This document shows positions 18,655 to 25,680 of a stretch of 30,733 nt of DNA, one piece after another. The position numbers and the translations under genes are program-made. This stretch comes from Promethearchaeota archaeon. GTDB lineage: Archaea; Asgardarchaeota; Lokiarchaeia; Sigyniarchaeales; SOKP01. The DNA is taken from positions 68,132 to 98,864 of the forward strand of contig JAHPZI010000008.1 of NCBI GenBank assembly GCA_019058295.1. The letters are read 5' to 3'. The notes beneath the pieces are model-generated. The model had not been told where the DNA came from. It saw only the letters and a program-made list of their open reading frames with translations, and did no database searches. The stretch's first letter is position 1, and every line of letters begins with the position of its first letter.

Positions 18655-19620
18655 ATTTCAAGTTGGAAAGAAGTTAAAACGTTATTTGATGAAAATGACG
18701 ACGGGCTATCTGTAAAAAATTGTTCAGAATGCGGGTGTATCATATCTTACGATGAAAATAGAGGATTGATGGTATGTGAACAATGTGGTTTAATAAAATC
18801 AGAAAGATATATTGATCGAGGTCCAGAATGGCGCGCTTTTGATGCTGACCAAAAAAAGAAAAGAACTCGAACGGGAGCTCCAATGACGTACATGATTCAT
18901 GATAAAGGTTTAAGTACTATGATTGATTGGAAAAATCGTGATATTTATGGAAAAGAAATATCCGCTAGATTAAGAGCACAGATTTATAGAATCCGAAAAT
19001 GGCAGAACCGTATAAGAGTATCTAACGCAAATGAGAGGAATTTAACGTTCGCATTAAGCGAATTAGATCGTATGGCTTCAAATTTAGACCTTCAAAAAAA
19101 TTTGAGAGAATGTTCAGCAAAAATATATAGAGATGCTGTACAAGCACATTTGATTCGTGGAAGATCAATTGAGGGTGTCGCTGCGGCGAGCCTATATGCC
19201 GCTTGTCGAATGTATAAGGTACCTCGAACATTGAATGAAATTGCGGAAGTTGCTCGAGTAAACAAAAAAGAAATTGGCCGGTCATTTCGATTTATTACAA
19301 ATGAATTAAATTTAAATTTAACCCCAACGAAACCATTGGATTTCCTCATTCGATTTATAAGCGAACTTGGCTTATCTCAACAATGCCAAAGAATATCCAA
19401 AAAAATTATAAAAATAGCAGAAATGCGTGGCCTAGCTTCTGGGAGAGGTCCTACAGGAGTTTGTGCAGCCGCAATTTATGCATCATCAATTTTATGTAAG
19501 GAAAGAAGAACTCAAAGAAATATTGCTAAAATATCACAAGTAACAGAAGTTACTATTCGAAATAGATTTAGCGAATTAATTGAAATTTTTGACCTAGGAA
19601 TCCCTTTAAAAAAAAGATAA
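18655..19620 (+). CDS. tfb: Transcription initiation factor B (TFIIB); proposed ATT start at 18655
   Basis: Zn ribbon CSEC...[27 protein letters not shown] and two cyclin repeats (RGRS, SGRGP). The frame is open from 18652, and the track start at 18766 cuts off the first CxxC. Confidence 0.93.
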   Translation: MSSWKEVKTLFDENDDGLSVKNCSECGCIISYDENRGLMVCEQCGLIKSERYIDRGPEWRAFDADQKKKRTRTGAPMTYMIHDKGLSTMIDWKNRDIYGKEISARLRAQIYRIRKWQNRIRVSNANERNLTFALSELDRMASNLDLQKNLRECSAKIYRDAVQAHLIRGRSIEGVAAASLYAACRMYKVPRTLNEIAEVARVNKKEIGRSFRFITNELNLNLTPTKPLDFLIRFISELGLSQQCQRISKKIIKIAEMRGLASGRGPTGVCAAAIYASSILCKERRTQRNIAKISQVTEVTIRNRFSELIEIFDLGIPLKKR

Positions 19621-19675
19621 GTACTATCATTTGATACTCGAAAATTCTGAAAATTAATTAAAAAAAAAATTTATA

Positions 19676-21745
19676 TTATTGCTTTTTAAGAATAGCTTTT
19701 CGCTTCATGATTACAATTAAAGAAATTACAGCAATAACAGTAAAAATTATATAGTTGTTTCCAAATGGAATTGCGGCTTCCTCGTCGTCGTCATCATCGT
19801 CGTCATCACCTGGTAAAATCCCTCCCCCGTCATTAGCAGATGTTATGGTAATTGTATAATTCAATCCGCCATTATCTAAACGAGCAATATTGCCCCATGA
19901 ATCATTGGCATAAAATAAGAACATGAGAATATCATTCGCATTTAGAGCAGAAATATCCAAGATAGAAGTCCAGTTCCCATCAGATCCCAGCGTCATTGAA
20001 CGATTAATAAATGCTCCCGTTGAATTTTCACACAAATACACCCAGAATAGATCTGAGCTATCCAAAACTGAACAATTTATCATTAAATTCAAATCAGTGT
20101 CTGAAGGGCTCGTGTTATTAAGATAGTTCTCGTTATTTTCGAAATTAATAATAGGAGGAGTTATGTCTTTAGCAGATGTTATGGTAATTGTATAATTCAA
20201 TCCGCCATTATCTAAACGAGCAATATTGCCCCATGAATCATTGGCATAAAATAAGAACATGAGAATATCATTCGCATTTAGAGCAGAAATATCCAAGATA
20301 GAAGTCCAGTTCCCATCAGATCCCAGCGTCATTGAACGATTAATAAATGCTCCCGTTGAATTTTCACATAAATACACCCAGAATAGATCTGAGGTATCCG
20401 AAACTGAACAATTTATCATTAAATTCAAATCAATGTCTGAAGGGCTCGTGTTATTAAGATAGTTCTCGTTATTTTCGAAATCAATAATAGGAGGAGTTAC
20501 GTCTTTTCCGCTTATATGAAAATTTGCTATAAATATATCTGGTTTATACCCTTTAGCAAATGAATCTGTAGCGCCAGTTATAAAAATATTTTCTGAATTA
20601 ACGACTAATATACCCATCCCCGAATCATCCTCTACACCGCCCCAACTTTGATTCCAAATCTGGATACCATCATCATCAAATTTTATTAAAATTGAATTAT
20701 TATATCCAGTTGAATTCTGTTCAGACCCTACAATGTAAATTGAATCTTCAGAATCAATATCAATTCCCCGACCCATATCTTTTCCATTACTATTATCCCA
20801 CGATTTTTGCGATAATAAATTGCCTTCATTATCATATTTTAATAAAATTATGTCGTAATCGTTGCCAGTTTTGTTGGATCCCGTAATGTAAATATTATCT
20901 TGTGAATCAATTGTAAGTCCAGATCCAGTTTCATAATGTGTTGAACCAAATGGATTATTCCAAGTTACATTCCAAATTAAATTTAAAGTACTATCATATT
21001 TTAACAAGATAATATCTGTGTTTCCAAAATAAGTATCATTTCTTCCAACAACGTAGATATTATTTAAAGAATCAATTGCTATATCTTGACCACCAGTTTC
21101 AAACCCAACACTTTCATATATATCAAATTTCTCCAATTTTCCATTTGTACTATTAATCTTTAGAATTGTGATATTACTATGAATCCCAGGATTGGCCCCA
21201 GTAGCGTAAATGAACCCATTTGAACTATAAGTAATACCATATAAAATAAAAGCTTCGGGATAATAGGTTTCATTCCACTGAACATCTCCAGAACTATTAA
21301 ATTTAATAACATTACCGAAAAAACCTGATACTCCAGCAAGATAAATATTATCAGAAGTATCATTTGTAATATCATAAGCTCCAGCTACATATCCTGCATT
21401 CCACGTTTTATTCCAAAGATAATTTCCATCTGGATCATACTTTACTAAAAATGCATAACAGTTGTAAAAGGAATCTACAGACGTTCCTGCAACATAGATA
21501 TTTCCTTCAGAATCTGTTGCAATCCCATATCCATAATCACCATATTCATTTAACCCTATGTCCCATGTCTCGTTCCATTCCATAGAAATTGCGGTTTTAG
21601 GTGGATTAACATCAATTTTTTTAACAGACTCATTAAATTTTGATTGGTTTTCTGTAATAGATGGAATACTAAATTGTTGTGAAAGAATGCAAAGAAATAA
21701 TATAACTGAAACGAATATAAGAGTTCCTTTTTGTTGGATTTTCAT
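19676..21745 (-). CDS. Secreted, membrane-anchored beta-propeller (SBBP-repeat-like) surface protein with duplicated stalk domain
   Basis: N-terminal signal helix; repeated G..I..DS..NIY..G and L.KYD..G...WN.TW blades; two 112-aa repeats; poly-Asp linker; IPFGN + TM + basic tail. Confidence 0.85.
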   Translation of the reverse strand: MKIQQKGTLIFVSVILFLCILSQQFSIPSITENQSKFNESVKKIDVNPPKTAISMEWNETWDIGLNEYGDYGYGIATDSEGNIYVAGTSVDSFYNCYAFLVKYDPDGNYLWNKTWNAGYVAGAYDITNDTSDNIYLAGVSGFFGNVIKFNSSGDVQWNETYYPEAFILYGITYSSNGFIYATGANPGIHSNITILKINSTNGKLEKFDIYESVGFETGGQDIAIDSLNNIYVVGRNDTYFGNTDIILLKYDSTLNLIWNVTWNNPFGSTHYETGSGLTIDSQDNIYITGSNKTGNDYDIILLKYDNEGNLLSQKSWDNSNGKDMGRGIDIDSEDSIYIVGSEQNSTGYNNSILIKFDDDGIQIWNQSWGGVEDDSGMGILVVNSENIFITGATDSFAKGYKPDIFIANFHISGKDVTPPIIDFENNENYLNNTSPSDIDLNLMINCSVSDTSDLFWVYLCENSTGAFINRSMTLGSDGNWTSILDISALNANDILMFLFYANDSWGNIARLDNGGLNYTITITSAKDITPPIINFENNENYLNNTSPSDTDLNLMINCSVLDSSDLFWVYLCENSTGAFINRSMTLGSDGNWTSILDISALNANDILMFLFYANDSWGNIARLDNGGLNYTITITSANDGGGILPGDDDDDDDDEEAAIPFGNNYIIFTVIAVISLIVIMKRKAILKKQ
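19833..20504. repeat. 336-bp near-perfect tandem duplication (19833-20168 and 20169-20504)
   Basis: Aligned by eye: the first 200 bp are identical and there are about six substitutions in the remaining 136 bp. Confidence 0.95.
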
Positions 21746-21795
21746 TTTTAAATTTTTTATTAAAAAATGTATTAATAATATATAGAATATGGAAT

Positions 21796-21815
21796 AAAGA
21801 TTTATTTAAATCTTT
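21796..21815. promoter_or_regulatory. Perfect inverted repeat overlapping the probable TATA box of the surface-protein gene
   Basis: AAAGATTTA-TT-TAAATCTTT, about 50 bp upstream of the start at 21745. Confidence 0.35.
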
Positions 21816-21943
21816 TCGATGATGAGGTTTTTTAATTTTTACTGAAATTTATAAATATTTATGAAGTTTTAAAGAACTGTTGCAATAATAATGAGGAATA
21901 ATATTTCGAGGGGAAAAAAAAAAGAATGGGAATCAGATTTATA

Positions 21944-23128
21944 TTAATAAATTGCTGATTTCCGATGAAATAAGATAATTCCAATAATAGTTAATATTAT
22001 ACCAAATCCAGCAAGAACCAATATATCGGTACCTAAGGCTTCCCAAGAGGTTTGTCCATTTAACATCATAATTCTCATAGCATGTACGGCATAATAAGTT
22101 GGAATATATTCAGTTAACGGATTATCGATCTGAAAATATACCCCTCCAAGAAATTGAAGTGGTAATATAATGAGCCAAGCAAGTCCTGACGCGGTTCCCT
22201 GTGTCTTTACAAAAGATGCAAGAAGCAATCCAAAACCTAGGGCAGTAAATATAAAAAGCATCGATATTATAAATAAGAGAATAATATTTGCACTTGGATT
22301 AATATATGCTCCAAAAACGACAATTGCTAAGAAAATCATTAATGCTATCTGTATTGCAGCAACTAATGATTGGGATAACATTCCAGAAATAACAATGTCT
22401 CTTCTGGCAACTGGGGTTGTACTAAGTCTTTGCATTGTTTTCGTCTCTTTTTCTTCAGCAAAATGAGCAGATAATTGTGAGATACACACTAAAACACTCC
22501 CAATTATGAAACCAGGAGCAAAGTAATCAAAAGCAGTTAATTCTATAGCGTCAGTGATTTGATCTGTATCGACTTCTACATTTTTAGTTATATTATTAGC
22601 ATATTTAATAATCTGGTCAACGATTTGGGTAACAATTGAACTCATAACACCTTCAGTTACCTCATCTGGCACAGTAGTAATCTCTACTTCTGGTGATGTA
22701 TCAAGATAATAAATTGATTCACTAAAAAGAGAATCAATTTCTATTATGGCGTCTATTTCCTCGACTTGAAGCAATTTATAAGCTTCCTCATAATCGTAAT
22801 CCTCATCTTCGACCAGAGTTATGTAATCCTCTAAATCTTTTGAATCCAAAACATCTATAAATATTATTGAAGCACTTCCATCTGGTGAAGTTTCTGGAAA
22901 AGGAACACCTTCTATATCTTCATTTATTACCACAACTTTATAAGGCTGGCGTGAACTAACTCCTCCAAATGCCAAAGCAAAGATAGACATAAATAATAGA
23001 GGGTAACCAAATATCCATATTAATTGCAACTTATCACGAAACATAGACTTTATGTTTTTAATCGTTAAATACCAAAGTTTCAGTTTGAATAGAGGCTTAG
23101 ACTCAAAATTATCTTTATTTTTTGCCAT
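21944..23128 (-). CDS. ABC-2 type exporter permease
   Basis: N-terminal TM (FRDK...W...YPL), large extracellular loop, PGF, EEKE..T..RL..TP, FLGG.YF and P.YYAV.AMR. Confidence 0.9.
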   Translation of the reverse strand: MAKNKDNFESKPLFKLKLWYLTIKNIKSMFRDKLQLIWIFGYPLLFMSIFALAFGGVSSRQPYKVVVINEDIEGVPFPETSPDGSASIIFIDVLDSKDLEDYITLVEDEDYDYEEAYKLLQVEEIDAIIEIDSLFSESIYYLDTSPEVEITTVPDEVTEGVMSSIVTQIVDQIIKYANNITKNVEVDTDQITDAIELTAFDYFAPGFIIGSVLVCISQLSAHFAEEKETKTMQRLSTTPVARRDIVISGMLSQSLVAAIQIALMIFLAIVVFGAYINPSANIILLFIISMLFIFTALGFGLLLASFVKTQGTASGLAWLIILPLQFLGGVYFQIDNPLTEYIPTYYAVHAMRIMMLNGQTSWEALGTDILVLAGFGIILTIIGIILFHRKSAIY

Positions 23129-24072
23129 TAATTTCTCAACCTCCTTCCTGTTAAATCTAAAAACACATCTTCTAATGTGTTTTTTCTAATTGATATATCT
23201 AACATTTGCACTTGTACCGCATCGATAAGTTCAGAAATTTTTCTAAGACCATCTAATCCATTCAAGATTATCCTTCCCTTTCCAACTTTTTTTACCCATC
23301 TTACAAAAGCAAGTCTTCCAATCCTCGAAACTATATCGTCTCGTTTATTTCTATCTGTCTCTTTAACTTTAAACTCAATTACATCGCCTTCACCTAGACT
23401 ACCTTTAAGTTCTTCTGGAGTACCTTGAGCTATAATTTTGCCATAATCTATAATGACTAATTCATCAGAAAGATCATCAGCTTCTTCCATATTATGAGTA
23501 GTAAGAATAATAGTACTTTTCTTTTTTTGAAAATCTTTAATAAAATCCCATACTACTCTGCGTGATTGAGGATCAAGACCAGCCGATGGTTCATCAAAAA
23601 TAATAATTTCTGGATTATGAATTACAGCCATTAATACATTTACTCGACGTCGCATTCCTCCTGAAAATTTCTTAACCTTATCATTTGCTCTTTCTAAAAG
23701 ATTCATTTTATCAAGAAGATCATCAGTTTTTTCCTTATAATCTGCTTTTCTTAAACCATGCATTTGGGCAATAAGTTGTATATTCTCCTTTGCTGTTAGT
23801 CTTTCATATAATACAATTTCTTGTGGACAAACACCGATGAGTTCCTTAATTTTATTCGCATCTTTTGTAACATCATACCCTAAAATTGAGGCAGAACCGC
23901 TAGTAGGACGCAATATAGTTGATAACATAGAAATCGTTGTTGTCTTCCCGGCTCCATTAGGTCCTAAAAAACCATATAGCGATCCTCTTGGAATTTGTAA
24001 GTCAATGCCATTCACAGCATGTATATTCCCAAAATATTTTTTTAGTTGGTGTGATTCTATTGCTATATCCAT
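23128..24072 (-). CDS. ABC-2 (DrrA/NodI-like) exporter ATP-binding subunit
   Basis: GPNGAGKTT, FSGGMRRR, DEPSAGLDP, TTHNMEEA and LEDVFLDLTG. Its stop overlaps the permease start. Confidence 0.95.
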   Translation of the reverse strand: MDIAIESHQLKKYFGNIHAVNGIDLQIPRGSLYGFLGPNGAGKTTTISMLSTILRPTSGSASILGYDVTKDANKIKELIGVCPQEIVLYERLTAKENIQLIAQMHGLRKADYKEKTDDLLDKMNLLERANDKVKKFSGGMRRRVNVLMAVIHNPEIIIFDEPSAGLDPQSRRVVWDFIKDFQKKKSTIILTTHNMEEADDLSDELVIIDYGKIIAQGTPEELKGSLGEGDVIEFKVKETDRNKRDDIVSRIGRLAFVRWVKKVGKGRIILNGLDGLRKISELIDAVQVQMLDISIRKNTLEDVFLDLTGRRLRN

Positions 24073-24220
24073 TTTATTCGTGGTTCCATAGTTAAATTTT
24101 GTTTCTGATAAAATTAAAATAATTAATTAAGAAACTTATGTGTGAACTTTTAAACTTACCTTATTTATTTATGTTATCTTCATATCATACCATTTAAAGA
24201 CTATTTATTTCCAAACGAAA

Positions 24221-24241
24221 CCTATCAAAAAAAATGATAGG
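24221..24241. promoter_or_regulatory. 7-bp perfect inverted repeat just upstream of the first Roadblock gene
   Basis: CCTATCA-AAAAAAA-TGATAGG, 15 nt before TTG 24257. Confidence 0.35.
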
Positions 24242-24256
24242 ATTTGTTGATTTAAA

Positions 24257-24589
24257 TTGGTATCTATTTTAAGTGAACAAGATGTTAATTATTTTCTAAA
24301 AGAGATAGAAAACAATTTTCCAAATTTCGTAGCTGGGGTCATTACAGATCGAAATGGATTTCCTTTAGCGTCAAAAATTCCTGAAAATTTCCACATTAAC
24401 GAAACAGAACTCGCTTTATCCGCAATATCAGGTGAAAAAGATTTCATAAATGATTCTAGATTAATCAAGGTTAAAAGAAATCTAGATAAAGCAAAAAATA
24501 TTAAATTGCTTTTTCTGCTTAATTCAAAAGGTTATATTAATCATTTTAAAAATCTAAAAAAGATAATTGAAAGGCAAAATTTTTTTTAG
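24257..24589 (+). CDS. Divergent Roadblock/LC7-like small protein
   Basis: N-terminal helix then AGVITDRNGFPLAS, the beta-hairpin D..G..IAS motif of the Roadblock fold. Confidence 0.65.
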   Translation: MVSILSEQDVNYFLKEIENNFPNFVAGVITDRNGFPLASKIPENFHINETELALSAISGEKDFINDSRLIKVKRNLDKAKNIKLLFLLNSKGYINHFKNLKKIIERQNFF

Positions 24590-24787
24590 GAACTGTAATG
24601 AATAAAAACTTAGTAAATCAAAGTTGTTACGGTGAGTGCGAAATAAAACAGAAGACTTAATTTTTTAAATAATAAACATTATTTATTCTTTGTAATAACA
24701 GCTATTGTATAATAGCGCTTTAAAAGTTAAGAGTTTACTTTAAATAAATATATTGAAAGTAATTTAAAACAAGAGATTGAGAATCTT

Positions 24788-25258
24788 TTGAGTTCTTCTC
24801 GAGACGAGCGAATGTTAAAGCAGATATTAACTACAATTATAAATAGTGCAGCAGGATTAAAATATGCCATAATAATTGATGATACAGGATTAACTATTGC
24901 CTCTCAATCTAAATTTACTTTTACCGATGATGATCAAGTTTCAGTTGAAAAAATTGGAGCTATTGGGGGAGCAGTCTTTACTGCTGGAGAAGAACAAGGA
25001 CAAATCCTTGGTTATGGAGATATAAATCTTCAAATTACTGAATATAAAAAAGGGTTGATTTTCTCAATTAAACTTGATGACGGCGTTTTAGTTCTCGCAA
25101 CAGATTTAAATGTACAAGTTGGATTTATTCGCGCTCTTTTGAAGAAATGGGCCCCTCGGATCACAAAAATTTTAAATAAATACTTAGAAAGCAGTGATCA
25201 AAAAGCAATGAAAGAAGAATTAAAAGAGCTTTTTAGTACTGATTCTTTAGGGTTTTAA
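24788..25258 (+). CDS. Roadblock/LC7 (MglB/LAMTOR-like) protein with C-terminal helix
   Basis: L..I......L.YAIIIDDTGLTIAS, IGAIG.AVF..GE...L.YG.I....EY..G and GVL.L.TD.....G.IR..L. Confidence 0.85.
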   Translation: MSSSRDERMLKQILTTIINSAAGLKYAIIIDDTGLTIASQSKFTFTDDDQVSVEKIGAIGGAVFTAGEEQGQILGYGDINLQITEYKKGLIFSIKLDDGVLVLATDLNVQVGFIRALLKKWAPRITKILNKYLESSDQKAMKEELKELFSTDSLGF

Positions 25259-25312
25259 ATTAAAAACTCATTTTAATATGGATATTTTTTAAAATAAATC
25301 TCATAGCGTTTT

Positions 25313-25325
25313 AAATAAATAAAAA
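25313..25325 (-). terminator. U-rich terminator of the H/ACA RNA
   Basis: Minus strand TTTTTATTTATTT begins 13 nt after the last ACA box. Confidence 0.5.
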
Positions 25326-25329
25326 GGTA

Positions 25330-25643
25330 AGGCATTATTGTAGCCTAAAGAGCCGAAACACACTAACACATCTCTCTCATTTAAAGGATATACCGTAAAA
25401 TCGAAAAAGTTCTCTCGTGTTAGGCGTTAATTTCATGCCTTGTTGGGTCATAACCATGTCTGCGACCTGGGTACTGGCTTCAACCTCATTGCTTTGATAT
25501 TTATCGTTGCTTGGTTAAGAGCCCATTTTATTCGCAGCTAATTGCTGATTATTAAACTCGGGATGTTCGCATTTCTTTGCACACATAATCATCGATATTC
25601 ATATGTGCCCTCGAAAACGCAGATACTCCGTCATTATTTTCCC
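25330..25643 (-). ncRNA. Triple-hairpin box H/ACA pseudouridylation guide RNA
   Basis: Three hairpins (25568-25621, 25460-25537, 25343-25425), each with a lower stem, an internal pocket, a K-turn/K-loop carrying AUGA on the 3' side, and an ACA box at its base (25564-66, 25457-59, 25339-41). Stems need G.U pairs that exist only on the minus strand. GC-richer than the flanks, with no long ORF. Confidence 0.85.
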
Positions 25644-25665
25644 AATATAATAATAGAAAAATAAT

Positions 25666-25680
25666 TTTATAAAGATTTTG
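25666..25680 (-). promoter_or_regulatory. BRE/TATA promoter of the H/ACA RNA
   Basis: Minus strand CAAAATC-TTTATAAA, about 23 nt upstream of the GGG at 25643-25641 (predicted start). Confidence 0.6.

Noticed and set aside
19833-20504. 336-bp repeat pair as a diversity-generating retroelement TR/VR
   Set aside because: The differences are not confined to adenines of one copy, both copies are in-frame coding, and there is no reverse transcriptase in the window.
21819-21880. Possible box C/D RNA (ATGATGA at 21819, CTGA at 21842)
   Set aside because: The guide segment is low-complexity T/A, there is no proper terminal D box, and it overlaps a promoter region.
24598-24660. 20-aa ORF MNKNLVNQSCYGECEIKQKT between the Roadblock genes
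   Set aside because: Too short, with no recognisable motif or other support.
25330-25643. Structured RNA as RNase P RNA, SRP RNA or tmRNA
   Set aside because: No GAGGAAAGUCC-like P4 element, no SRP helix-8 GGAA/AGCA motif, and no tRNA-like ends or tag frame. The K-turn + pocket + ACA architecture explains it better.
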